DNA of 62,518 nt, from the NCBI RefSeq assembly GCF_004010195.1, contig NC_057720.1, positions 1,930,184 through 1,992,701 of the forward strand, given 5' to 3'. Below are positions 13,490 through 25,460 of the stretch, piece by piece. Under the pieces are notes generated by a model. It did not search any database and was not told where the DNA came from. It saw only the letters and a program-made list of their open reading frames with translations. The DNA comes from Chiloscyllium plagiosum (taxonomy: Eukaryota). The position numbers and the translations under genes are program-made. Each line of letters starts with the position of its first letter. Within the stretch, counting starts at the first letter, position 1.

Positions 13490-14560
13490 GCCCATCTACA
13501 TTGATGATGTAAATCAAAGTGGGAAGGTAAGATGTGGGGAAGACACAGAGAGTTTGCAAAGAGGTAAACAAGTTAATTTCATGGGGAACAAGATAGCAGA
13601 TGGCTGATAAAAGGGGAAAAGTATGAGGTAATTCACTTCTGGCCGTAAGAATAGAATTTTAAAATAAGGTTTGTAAATGTTGATGTTCAGAGAGATTTGG
13701 ACATTCTCAAACAACAAACATGGAAAGTCAAAATATCCAGGTACAGCAAGCAGTCAGAAAGATAAAGGCATGTTGGCCCTTATGGCAAGGGGGTGGGGGA
13801 CAGGAGGAAATAAATCTTGTTCCAATTGTTGTGAGACTGCATGTGGAATAGTGTGTCCAGGTTTTGATCTTTGCATTCAAGAACGACTGGACAGGCAGCA
13901 CAGCGGCTGTTCACAAAATTGGTGAATGTCGAAAGGCTGACCACACTGGCTGTCTGGAGTTTATTAGGTTGAGAGGCAACCTCATTGAGACTGAAGAGAT
14001 TCTGAAATACTTCTTTTTCTCTGTGTGTTCATTTCTGAGATGTGACCATCACTGAGAGGGCCAATATTTTTTGCCAATCCCCAACTGACCTTGAACCAAA
14101 TGGTTTACTCAGAGGGTATGGAGTCACATGCAGGTCAGAAAATGTCCTTCCAAGAGAGCATTTGTGAACCAGATGGGTGTTTTACAACAATCAATGCTGA
14201 TTACATACTGACCAACATGTTACATTCCAGATTCATGAGTGAATTTAAATCCCACCAGCTGCCTTGGTGAGACCTGAGCATTAGCCTGGGCCTCTGAATC
14301 ACCGATCCAGTGACACAGTCAACGCTGAGAGCTGGCTTCTTTCAAACAGAGAATTGGAACACAGACATCGTAGTCTCTGATAAGGGCTTGATCATTTAGG
14401 TCTGAGATAAGGAGGCATTTTTTCATTCAAAGGACTGTAAATCATATCAATGCTCCACTCTTGAATCTATTTAAGGCTGGGAGAGGCATCTGTGAGAATT
14501 ATGGGATGTGGGGAAGGGAACAGGAATGTGGAGTTAAGCCCAAGATCAGTTAAGTTCGGT
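13490..14560 (+). mobile_element. decayed CR1 fragment interrupted by a SINE remnant (about 14030-14320, minus)
   Basis: Degenerate RT and C-terminal motifs (ttgatgatgtaaat, gagtttattaggttgagaggcaacctcattgag). Confidence 0.65.
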
Positions 14561-15732
14561 CTGAACGGAAGAGCATCTCTGAATCACTGTGTGCTATGTA
14601 CCAACACCGAAGCACCATCAAAATGTTTTGGTTGTTTGCTCCATCTGGGTTTTGAGGTTAACTACGTTATTGTTTTATTAAAAGAGACAAATTCTCTGAA
14701 ATAAAACACAAGTCCTAAACAGTTGACAACTCTGGACAAATCTATTCCTGGAGGGTACATCACATGACACTCCATCAATCTCCAAGCATTCCTGCCATTG
14801 GTCACTTGAGGTGGTCATTGTCACGGTAACCCATCCTCCTGCAGCCACTGAGCCAACAGCAGATCCATAACCAATCAATTGGATATTCCCTGACTGTCCA
14901 TCAACATATTTGTAACGCGTCAACAAAAGTGTTGAAACAAATGATCAAAAACATAAAGTTCCCTTTGCTGCCTCAAAAATGTTTTTCTCCCAGAGTTGGT
15001 TGCAGCCCAAGTTAGTCCCTAATTCCTGGGAGAAACTGGGGAATTTCTGAAGACAGTCCATAACCCTAGAGGATACAGGAACATGTTCGAACACAATGTG
15101 ATATTCCCTCTTTGTAATACACAGCTAACAATGAAAGCAATGACACACTTGGATAAGCTGCTAAAATATTGAGGCTTAAGATCGTCAGAGAAATGCTGGT
15201 GCTTAAAATCTCTTTCAAGGAACATTGGCTTGCAATCTACTTGCACCAAACGGGGGAATGACTGGCTCTATGTCAGTCATACTGAAATGGCTGGATCCAA
15301 TTTCATACAGGAATAGGAGATAATGTCGCTCAGATGACAGTGGTGATGAAGAACTGTGCATTTGGACAAAAATGTAGCTCATTCAGGAGCAGTGGGATTG
15401 ACCCAATGGCTGTAGGTTTATATTGCACTGTATCTTACTAGCAGTAAGGAGTCTACTGTATTTCACAAGCCCAGAACACCCCAAGGCAATTTACTGTCAA
15501 CAAAAATAGGATAGGACTGAGCTCCAATTGAATCCCTTCAATGATGTTAATGCCCTCTCTTAGATCCCCCTTAAGTCTTCTTTGTTTGAGAGAAAGAAGC
15601 CCTAGACTGTTCACGAATACCTCTCAGTTCTTAATTCAGCCTTGCACCTTCTCCAGTAGGTCTGAAAACATCTGTGCAGAGATTCAGGGTTATCATTCCA
15701 CAGAAGCTGTCAGACCTGCTGAGCTTTTCCAG

Positions 15733-15885
15733 GTTAAAAATCACAGAACACCAGGTTATAGTCCAACGGGTTTAATTGGAAGCACTAGCTTTCAGAGCGT
15801 CGCTCCTTCGTCAGGTGTTCTGTGACTGGTGTTGTGTGATTTTTAACTTTGTACACCCCAGTCCAACACCGGCATCTCCAAATCA
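15733..15885. mobile_element. Penelope-derived element (subfamily C) with hammerhead motif
   Basis: Inverted arms gttaaaaatcacagaacaccag / ctggtgttgtgtgatttttaac. Confidence 0.8.
15783..15817 (-). ncRNA. minimal type I hammerhead ribozyme motif (Penelope type)
   Basis: Minus strand reads CAC-CTGACGA-A-GGAGC-GAC-GCTCT-GAAA-GC-TA-GTG: complete core, helix II, palindromic AGCT helix III and CAC/GTG helix I. Confidence 0.7.
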
Positions 15886-15899
15886 AGCTTTTCCAGCAA

Positions 15900-16280
15900 T
15901 TAAGGAGGCGTTTGGTATGTTTTCTTTTATTGGTCAGAGCATTGAGTGTAGGAGTTGGGAGGTCATGTTGCAGCTGTACAGGACATTGGTTAGGCCACTT
16001 TTGGAATATTACGTGCAATTCTGGTCTCCTTCCTATTGGAAAGATGTTGTGAAACTTGAAAGGGTTCAGAAAAGATTTACAACGATGTTGCCAGGGTTGG
16101 TGGATTTGAGCTATAGGGAGAGGCTGAACAGGCTGGGGCTGTTTTCCCTGGAGCGAAGGGTTTGGAGGGATATGGGCCGTGTGCTGGCAGGTGGGACTAG
16201 ATTGGGTTGGGATATCTGGTCAGCATGGACGGGTTGGACCGAAGGGTCTGTTTCCATGCTGTACATCTCTATGACTCTAT
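15900..16280 (+). mobile_element. short internally deleted CR1 3' end
   Basis: LYRTLVRPLLEY...RLGLFSLE then a jump to the 3' UTR; tail ctatgactctat. Confidence 0.92.
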
Positions 16281-17959
16281 TTACAGCATCCGCAGTTTTT
16301 TTTCAGTTTTTACATTCTCCAGTGTTTTGGTGTCCTTTCAGGAATATCTAGATTGGAACCATACCCACTGATTGGTTGGTAAGTGGACTGTCATTGGTAA
16401 AGGTATTGCCAGAGAGAATGGACCATCAAAGCCACTGGACAGGAACCAGGTGGGCTGTGCTTAAGTTGTAAACCTGGCAGGTTGATTCGGATTGGTCAGG
16501 GCTTTCCCCTGTGATGAAACAGCAAATAGCTATTAGTTATTTTGTTGATGTGAAACAAAGTACATGTAAATGTTCTTCAGGGCCCTGGACATTAATATAC
16601 AGCAAGCATTTATTAGCCAGCACCTATAGGGACCAGGAGAACACCAGCTAATCAAATATCCCGGCTGATCAAGAAGTCCACATAATCAACACGAAAAGAC
16701 ACTGCATATCACTGATATACTTTATTTACAGCGTAAATCATTTAAATAATAATGCAATTTTGCCTTAAATGAAACTTACTCTCACTTGCACTCTCAACTA
16801 ACTAATTAGACATCTCAGAGATCGCAATAATAGAGTAAACTTCCAGGCTTTGAGGTACATAACATTTGACAGTTTATGGGGAGCACTAGTTCATTTAAGG
16901 TACTGATTAAAACAGATTTTGCTGTGCATATAGCTTCCAGTACACACATGTACACCACACTGTCAGACTGACTGACAATCCTACATTGGTGGCAGAGTAG
17001 TTCCTTACACACTCAGGGTTATCCAGTAAAAGTTGTCCATTTATAAAAACACATCTACCGCTAGACACTCTGTTGAGGTTTTCACAAGTGCTGATGGGTT
17101 GGTCATGGTCAGAACCTTCCTTGTTGCAAGCAGCCATTCTGGCAGTCTTTGGGATTCCAAGCATCACACTGGCATCGAAACTTAAATAACACAGCGGTCA
17201 TTGTGTGATCGATAAATATTGGTTTGCCCCTTGAATTATTATTCATATTAATGGTCCTAATGAAGATAAAACTGAAAGCTTCATCAAAATGTGCCCTTTT
17301 CTTGCAATGTTTTTAATATAATAAGTGGAGAGACTGTCATAGTTAACCAGAGGGAGACAGATGGTAGGGAGTTAGTAAAACACCCAGAGGGCAAGCAGAG
17401 AGAGTTGTTCTTTCAAAGCGAGTTGTTAAGATCTGGAACACACAGCCTAAAAGGGCAGTGGAAGCAGATTTAATAACTTTCAAAGAGAATCATATAAATA
17501 ATTGAAGGGGAAAATGTGCAGGGTCATGGGGAAGGGTCATGGGGAGTGGGACGAGAGCTCCGAGGCAGGATGGGCTGAATGGGCTGCTTCTGCACTACAG
17601 GGTCATTATGTTCCTTCTGAATACTTCCAGAAGGCACATGATGATTCCAAACTGGGAGAGACACTGAAAATGCACAAGCCTGCGTTTCTTTCAAAATATG
17701 CATGGATGAGTTGGACCAAAGGGTCTGTTTCCGTGCTGTACATCTCTATGACTCTATGTCATCCCGAATATCTGTCTGATAAAATGAGTGAGGGACCTAA
17801 CAAATGGAAGCTCGCTCTCTATATTTGCAGAATGTCAATATAGCTGTGTCAAAACAATTTCACTGGAGCTGGTAAGACCGACAGATAAAGAACCTTAATT
17901 TATATAGCACCTTGTATGACGACAGGATGTTGTGGAACCCTTTATAAAGTAGATTCTGA

Positions 17960-19290
17960 AGCATGGCTGCTCTGGCACTGCAAACATATGTCCACAGAGA
18001 ACTCCCTCAGTCATCGAATCATTGTTCAGTTTTAATCTGTTCCTGATTGGTTGGAGGTGGCAAGGTGAGGGTGTTAATTGTTGCTCCATGCCTGACCCTT
18101 GCTGCAAGGTTTGGACTTGACCATTTGTTGGCAGCTTGTGGCTCTGGTCCTAGTTCTCATCAGTATGACCTCGATTTGAAAGTCTCTCTCAATCTGAGGT
18201 GGGGTTGTAGGTGAATGCTCCGGGCACACTGGGTTAGAGAGCTCCTCAGTGATTGGCACAGGTATCTGACCGAAGGGCAGGATGTCGCAGGGGTCTGTGA
18301 CATGGACGATGGAGGGGAGACCAGCAAAACTCATCATGACATCAAGAAAATCTCGCTGCATCTTTGATGCTTTTCACGAGCAGTGTGGTGAGATTCTCGC
18401 CAGGCAGTGATGAGTTGCTAATTAAGGGGGATTATTATTTGTTAAACACCTTGCCAATGACCCAACTCACCACATTAATATTTAGCTTTCTCTCTCTGCA
18501 AACCTGCCAAATAAACCAGCTGTCAAGAAATCTCCACATGGGAGTCCAAGTGAGCACCTGGTGACTTCAGCTCATCGCCCGCTCAGAACAACCTCCATGT
18601 TGGGCACTCAACACCAACATCAGGGCACGCTCCATGGGCACTGACCACACGCATCCCACATCCATTGGCATTTGGCATGTACCAGCCTCTATGAACCCTG
18701 GCACATCTCCCATCCACTTACAGGAAACTCCTGCATTTCAAAGCTGGCCCTCAGGCTGCCATGGTAACTCTCACGGTAACGCTGCAGCAAGGAGAGAGTG
18801 TGACTCTAACACAGGAGTTCACCTTCACTCAGGAGGTCATGGGGGAAGGCAGGGGCAGAGCTCAGAGGCTTGGACACTATCAGTTAACCCCTCCAGGTGG
18901 TAAGAGTCAGGATCCTCTCCACATAACAGGTGAGGAGCTGAATGTCCAGCTTGCCTCATTCTGTCCCATTAGGAGACTTATTTTCTTCTGGAATGAGAGA
19001 GAAGCGGGTAATACTGGAGATGAAAGCAACTGGTACAGCTGCTACTGTCTGTGCAGCAGGGAGGTGCCCTGAGTGGGCAGCACAGAGGGCACGCAGGGTT
19101 AGTGGTTTCAGGAGGGGGGAGTGGTGTTGGGGTGGGTGAGGGTGAGGGAGGGAGGATGTTGTGGGTAATAGTGAGAGTGGGAGAGTCTGAGCCTTGATGG
19201 GAGATGGGTGCCATATCAGAGAGAAGGTGGGGGTCAGGTATTGGAGAGAAGATGGTGGCACTTACCCGGGCAGAGGGGAGTTTGATATTT
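17960..19290 (-). pseudogene. possible PIF/Harbinger Myb/SANT-like gene relic
   Basis: Minus-strand ...PSAR|GTAAGT donor at 19265, pyrimidine-rich CAG acceptor at 18988, then GKLDIQLLTCYVERILTL, resembling the TGGG..LT..EER motif that follows Myb/SANT domains. Confidence 0.42.
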
Positions 19291-19944
19291 AATCAAAACA
19301 TTCAGCTAGGTAGTGCAAGTCATAGTGTAGTGGGACTTGAGTTCAGTGCATTCCTCCTATTAAAATCTTGACAGACCACTTTCTTACAACAGTATTTACA
19401 GAGTCAGTGTAGATTATGTGCTCACATCCTAAAGATTAAATTACCAAACAACAATTGCACACATGCAAATTAATGCCCACAAATCACTTTGCACAAAAAA
19501 AGGACAGTGCTACTTAGCACACTGTCAGTGGATAGGTCAGGCTGTTGGAAATTACAAACCTCGGTATTATTAGGGGATTAAGGCAACTAATAAAAGACAG
19601 ACATAATCCCCAGGGAAGAATTGTCATGACTGTTGCAATCCTCATTTGCAAAGTCAGTTAACAAGCGAGGATACAAGCAACATATCATTAACACCACAAA
19701 CCCAGGGAATGGCTCCATCGGAAATAGCCTTGTATCATCTCTGGGCTTTAGTACTGGCCGAAAGAGTCATATGAAACTGGGTCAAAAGTCATGCGTCATA
19801 AACAAGGTACGTTTCATGCAGCAGAGCACAGACTGAACCATACAACAAATATAATACCTATCACTGAGGTTTCATCAGAAACGAGCAAGACAGAATCTCA
19901 CACTGGAGATTAGAACCAAAAATCCAAACTAACATTCCCAGAGC

Positions 19945-20315
19945 AGGACTGAAGGAGTGCCGCACTGTCGGAGGGTCAGTGCTGAGGGAGTGCCGCACTG
20001 TCAGAGGGTTAGTACGGAGGGAGTGCTGCACTGTCGGAGGGTTAGTACGGAGGGAGTGCCGCACTGTCGGAGGGTCAGTACTGAGGGAGTGCTGCACTGT
20101 CAGAGGGTCAGTACTGAGGGAGTGCTGCACTGTCAGAGGGTTAGTACGGAGGGAGTGCTGCACTGTCGGGGGGGTCAGTACTGAGGGAGTGCTGCACTGT
20201 CAGAGGGTCAGTGCTGAGGGAGTGCTGCACTGTCAGAGGTTCAGTGCTGAGGGAGTGCCACACTGTCGGAGGGTCAGTGCTGAGGGAGTGCCACACTGTC
20301 AGAGGGTCAGTACTG
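19945..20315 (+). repeat. 33-bp minisatellite, about 11 units, preceded by a Deu-type SINE head
   Basis: Unit cagtactgagggagtgctgcactgtcagagggt; SINE-like lead-in at 19895-19945. Confidence 0.97.
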
Positions 20316-20394
20316 TGTTGAGATCTCACCGGGTGAAGATTCACAATCAAGGTTCACACGTCTTCAAATGTTTCTTCCTTGGCATTCTCAGAAT

Positions 20395-21390
20395 TTATTT
20401 TATTTATTCATGGAATGTGGGCTGGGCCAATATTTATTGCCCATCCCTAACTGCCCCTTGAGAAGTTGGGGTTGAGCTGCCTTCTTGAACCTCTGCAGTT
20501 CATGTGACCCACAGTGTCCTTAGGAATGGAATTCCAGGAGACAGTGAAGGAACGGGTGATATATTTCCAAGTCAGGGTGGGGAGTGGCTTGGAGCGGAGC
20601 CTGCAGGGGGTGGTGTTCCCATGTATCTGCTGCCCTTGACCTTCTAGATGGAAGTGGTTGTGGGTTTGGAAAGTGCTGTCTGAGAATCTTTTAGGAGAAA
20701 GTGAAGACTGTAGATGCTGGAGATCAGAGTTGAGAGTTTGGTGCTGGAAAAGCACAGCCAGTCAGGCAGCATCTGAGGAGCAGGAGAATTGACGTCTTGG
20801 GAATAAGCCCTTCAATCCTGATTCTCCTGCTCCTTGGACGCTGCCTGACTGCTGTGCTTTTCCAGCACCAAACTCTAGAGTCTGACGATCTTTGGTGAGT
20901 TTCTACAGTTTATCTTGTAGATAGTACACACTGCTACTACTGAGTGTCGGTGGTGGAGGGAGTGGATGTTTGTGGATGTGGTGCCAATCAAGCGGCTGCT
21001 TTATCCTGGATGGTGTCAAGCTTCTCGAATGTTGTTAGAGCTGCCCCTATCCAGGCAAGTGGGGAGTATTCCATCCCACTCCTGACTTGTGCCGCTGTAG
21101 ATGGCAAACAGGCTTTGGGGAGTCAGTATAGGTGAGTTATTCACCACAGTATTCCCAGCCTCTGACCTGCTCTTGTAGCCACTGTGTTAATGTGGCGAGT
21201 CCAGTTCAATTTCTGGTCAATGGTAATTTGCAAGGTTTTGGTGGTGACAGATTCAGTGATGATAATAACATTAAATGTCAAGACCAGTGGTCTATTGTTG
21301 GTGATGGCGTGGAGCTGAGATCACTGATCTCCAATAACCACAACTATCTTCCTGTGTACCAGCTATAAATCCAACCAGCAGAGAGTTGGT
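20395..21390 (-). mobile_element. CR1-group LINE 3' end (distinct family, here called D)
   Basis: Tail gggcaataaatattggccc...gaataaataaa on the minus strand; homologous to 48105-48740, whose minus ORF encodes IYKAQVRSVMEYSPLAW. Confidence 0.8.
20692..20879. mobile_element. Penelope-derived hairpin element
   Basis: Inverted arms; 14-bp imperfect TSD gtctgagaatcttt / gtctgacgatcttt at 20678-20691 and 20880-20893. Confidence 0.85.
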
Positions 21391-22009
21391 TCCAATTCAC
21401 AGATTTGGACATCGTTTACATAGGGCTTTCATTTTCAGTCCTGAGTCAGTGGCATACAGTTCAGATTATATCATGTCCAGCTGATGGCCTGTCCCAGCTC
21501 TACCTTCCATGTTCCTCCATTCATCAGTCAGTCATACAGCATTAATGCAGTCATGATATCCTGCACATTATATCAAGAGATGGGGTGAAATAGTAAGAAT
21601 TGATTGATTTGAACATTCCGCACATGTGTTTGCAAATAAATAAAGGGCAAGACTATTAAATACCATGACAGCTTTCTGGGTGCCTTGTGCAGTTACATGT
21701 GGCAGCTTTGTTGATCGTTCCAATGAACCTGACAATTTCAAAGCACTGTTTACATTGTTACACACAGTCACAATTGTCTACCCTTGGCAATCCCAAAGGG
21801 CACCTCACCTTTCCCAAAAGGTGTCCCAGGAACAAATCCGAAAGGGCATCCAACTGTTCCAAACGATACTGTGAAGGATGGAGTTGCTCTGACCAGATCA
21901 ATCCGCAAATATCACGTTTCTCACTGCTGCCTCGTGAAAATCAGACACAGTTTTGGAACTACCTCTGTGAACACCGGATGTGCAACTTGGAACCCATTCC
22001 CATCAGACA

Positions 22010-22320
22010 TCAGAGCAGACACAGGCCATTCAGCCCATCTAATCAGCTCCACCATTCTGGATAATCAGATATTCCTCAACTCCACCTTCCTGCCTTTTCA
22101 TTATAATCCTCGATTCCCTTTCTGTCTACCTCAGACTTGAATTACGTAATGACCCAGCTTCAACAGCCCCCTGCAGTAAGGTATTTCCCTTGTTCACAAC
22201 CCACCAAGAGAAGGAATTCCTCCTCATTTTCCCTCCTTACACTAATATTATTCCCTCTGATCCAAGGCTTTCCCACAAGGAGAAACAACCTCTCTGTATC
22301 TACACCCTTTACAGCCCTCT
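22010..22320 (-). mobile_element. CR1 3' remnant
   Basis: acaggccattcagccc tail motif; minus ORF has KGVDTERLFLLVG...IRG. Confidence 0.75.
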
Positions 22321-22999
22321 TTCCCTTGTTGAAATATTTTTGGGCAGAGCTTCTGCATTTGTGTCTGTGTGGCCATGTCTCCAATTGGGAAATATCCAGG
22401 ACATCGAACCTGCAGCAGGTGGAAATGGCAGCGGTGTTTCTGTCATTCAGAGTTTTATGAGAACAAGGTTGTTCATTGTCACTTTCACCAACAACCAACA
22501 CTTTTTGCCCAGTTTTGTTTTTAACAGAATTCAAATTCTGGAGTTGCCCACTGAGAGATTTAAATCAGATTACTTCACAATTGGAGCAGGAACAGAATCC
22601 CTGCCCTAACACACTCCTCCCCATCTCCAACAATGACCAGCTTACTGGGTACACAGCATGACAAATGAAACTAGTGACATAATGATTGGGACAAAACACA
22701 GGCTCACAAACCAGACAATTGTCCTGATCTCTCTAATGCAATGTGAATAATTTATTGTAATTTTGTACTCATTTGGAATACATTCATTTCTGCTGAACTA
22801 ACTCGTCAATTTTAAGTCAGTTTCCTTGTTCTGACCTTCAATTAGCAAGTTCTTGGGCCTTTGTAACACACATTCAACAAATGTTGCTGCACACAAATTT
22901 TAAAATATCACTCCCATTTATTCCCAAGCTAAATTCAATAACTGCCACAGCTGAAGCTGTTAAAATAAACTTGTTCAAGAAAAACTACAGATATTATTC

Positions 23000-23600
23000 G
23001 TTGTTTTATAGATCAGGGCTTAGAGTACAACAAGGGAGTTGAGCAAAACCTGTGATACATCAGCTCAGCCTCAGCAGGGGAATGTACTTGAACTCTGGGC
23101 TCCACACTTCCCTCCCCAAAATGGCTGTGATGGTCCCAACACCGTGCAGATGACAGGAGTTCAAGAACACAATTCACCATCACCTTCTCCAGAGTAATTC
23201 AGGATGGGCAAAAAATGCATCCCCAACCAACAAGCCCCTCATTTCCTGAATAACTATATAAAAAAGACACATTGAGGACTTAGAGAGAGTGTGGATGAGA
23301 TTTATTGGAATGGGATCAGGGCTGAGGGACTTCAGTGAATGTGGAGAGACTGGAGAAGCTGGGATTGTTTTCCTTAGAGCAGGGAAGGTTCCAGGGGATT
23401 GAACCAAAGTGTTTAATCAAAGAGAGTTTGACCTAGTAAAGCAGACAAGAGAGAAGTATCAGTGATCAGATAGACACAGATTTAGGATAAGTTTCAGAAC
23501 AACAGAGAAGGAAATAAGGAGACTTTTTTGACACAGTGAGTTGTTGGGATCTGGAAGGTGCTGCCTGAAATGGTGTGGGAGAAGATTCAATCATGTGAAG
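23000..23600 (+). mobile_element. decayed CR1 C-terminal fragment
   Basis: gagagactggagaagctgggattgttttccttagagc (ERLEKLGLFSLE). Confidence 0.75.
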
Positions 23601-23682
23601 ACCATGGTGTTTGTGGTAATGTGGTAATCTGTAACGTCATGGTCCGGCATATCCCCCACTCAACCATTACCATCAAGCCAGG

Positions 23683-24175
23683 CAGCATCCGAGGAGCAGG
23701 AGAATCGACGTTTCAGGCATAAGCCCTTCTTCAGGAATGAGGTTTGTGTGCCAAGTGGGCTGAGATAAAAGATAGGGGGGAGGGAATTTGGGGGAGAGGC
23801 GCTGGGAATACGATAGGTGGAAGGAGGTGAGGGTGAGGGTGATAGGTCGGAGAGGGGGTGGGGCCGAAGAGGTTGGGAAGAAGATTGCAGGTCAAGAGGG
23901 CGTTGCTGAATCCGAGGGTTGGGACTGAGATAAGGTGGGGGGAGGGGAAATGAGGTTGATGCGGGTGTCCCAGAGGTGTTCCCTGAAACGTTCTGCAAGT
24001 AGGCGGCCTGTCTCCCCAATGTAGAGGTGACCACATCGGGTGCAGCGGATACAGTAAATGATGTGTGTGGAGGTGCAGGTGAATTTGCGATGGATGCTGT
24101 CTGGCCTGCTGTGTTTTTCCAGCACCACATTTTTCAACTCTGGTACTCCAGCATCTGCAGTCCTCACTTTCTCCT
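23683..24175 (-). mobile_element. 5'-truncated Penelope-like element with GIY-YIG fragment and inverted terminal segment
   Basis: FTCTSTHIIYCIRCTRCGHLYIGETGRLLAERFREH; hammerhead core at 23707-23734 (minus); direct repeat at 23664-23682 and 24176-24194. Confidence 0.93.
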
Positions 24176-24737
24176 CCATTACTATCAAGCCAGGGGATCA
24201 ACCCTGGTTCAATGGAGACTGCAAGAGGGCATGCCAGGAGCAGCACCAGGCACACCTGAAGATGAGGTGAAGCTATGAAACAGGACTACTTGCATGCCCA
24301 ACAGGCAAAGCAGCAAGTGTTTGGGTTAAGCAACTCCAAAACCAATGGCAAAAACAAAAACAGAAATTGCTGGAAAAGCTCAGCGGGTCTGACAGCATCT
24401 GTTGAGAGAAAGCAGAGGTAACTTTTTGGGTCGAGTAACCCTTCCTCAGAACCCCACAAACAATGGATTATATCTAAACTCTGAAGTCTTGCCGCATCCA
24501 GTTGTGAATGGTGGAGGACAATTAAACATATTACAGGAGGAACAGAAGAATCACAAATGTCTCCATACGCCCAACATCACACATACCAGCCTTCAACCAA
24601 TTCGATTCACTCTGTATGATATAAAGAAACAGCTGGAGGCCTTGCCTCTGACAAAGGCTATGGACCCTGTGTACATCCCAGCAGTAGTACTGATAACCTG
24701 TGCTCCAGAACTTGCCACTCCCCAAGGCAACCTGATT

Positions 24738-25283
24738 TGAACAAAAGGAACAAAGAAAATTTACAGCCCAGGTACAGGCCCTTCGACCCTCCAAGCCTGA
24801 GCTGATCCAAATGTACTGTGTAAACCTGTCGCCCAATTCCTAAGCATCTGTATCCCTCTGCTCCCCACCTACTCATGCATCTGTCCAGACGCATCTTAAA
24901 TGAATCTACCATGCCTGCCTCTACCACCTCTGCTGGCAACGTGTTCCAAATGCCCACCACCCTCTGTGTGAAGTACGTGCCGCGTGTATCCCCCTTAAAC
25001 TTTCCACCTCTCACCTTGAAAGCATGACCTCTCGCTATTGAATCCTTCATCCTGGAAAAAAGCTTGTCTGTATCCACCCTGTCTATACCCTTCATGATTT
25101 TGTAAACCTCAATCAGGTCCCCCCTCAATCTCCTTTTTTCTAGTGAAAATAAACCTAACCTACTCAACCTCTCTTCATAGCTCGCACCTTCCATACCAGG
25201 CAACATCCTCGTAAACCTTCTCTGCACCCTCTCCAAAGCATCCACATCCTTCTGGTAATGTGGCGACCAGAACTGTACACAAT
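24738..25283 (-). mobile_element. young CR1 3' end
   Basis: ORF 24658-25245 is an uninterrupted CR1 ORF2 C-terminus. Confidence 0.95.
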
Positions 25284-25284
25284 A

Positions 25285-25460
25285 TTGATTTGATTTGATT
25301 TGATTTATTATTCATCAGAACATTCCTGTACTTTTCCAGCTGTGCTTTTCCAGCACCACACGTTTTGATTTTTTTTATTTTCACATTTACCAAGATACAG
25401 TGAAAGGAATTGTTTTGCGTGCTATCCAGACAAATCACACCTTACATAAACATATCACAT
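25285..25460 (-). mobile_element. LINE 3' tail with (ATCAA)n, Rex1/Babar-like
   Basis: (tttga)n followed by tttatt...taccaagatacagtgaaagg; related remnants near 27255-27430 and 48990-49230. Confidence 0.55.

Noticed and set aside
14678..15440. Cys-containing ORFs as host exons or viral glycoprotein fragments, including a plus-frame piece near 15310 reading GDNVAQMTVVMKNCAFGQKC
   Set aside because: Short, interrupted by stops, no recognisable domain or consistent splice chain; a tBLASTx search would settle it
16815..17300. Overlapping Cys-rich minus-strand ORFs
   Set aside because: Three competing short frames and no family recognised
19945..20315. 33-bp palindromic repeats as a CRISPR array
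   Set aside because: Units are head-to-tail with no unique spacers, there are no cas genes, and the context is a vertebrate genome
21400..22000. Protein-like minus-strand stretch (TVGCPFGFVPGTPFGKG...)
   Set aside because: Several stops in every frame and no homology I can name
23892..24188. Stand-alone GIY-YIG nuclease or RNA-guided system
   Set aside because: Truncated Penelope endonuclease fragment bounded by terminal repeats and a TSD; no RuvC, Fanzor or guide-RNA features seen
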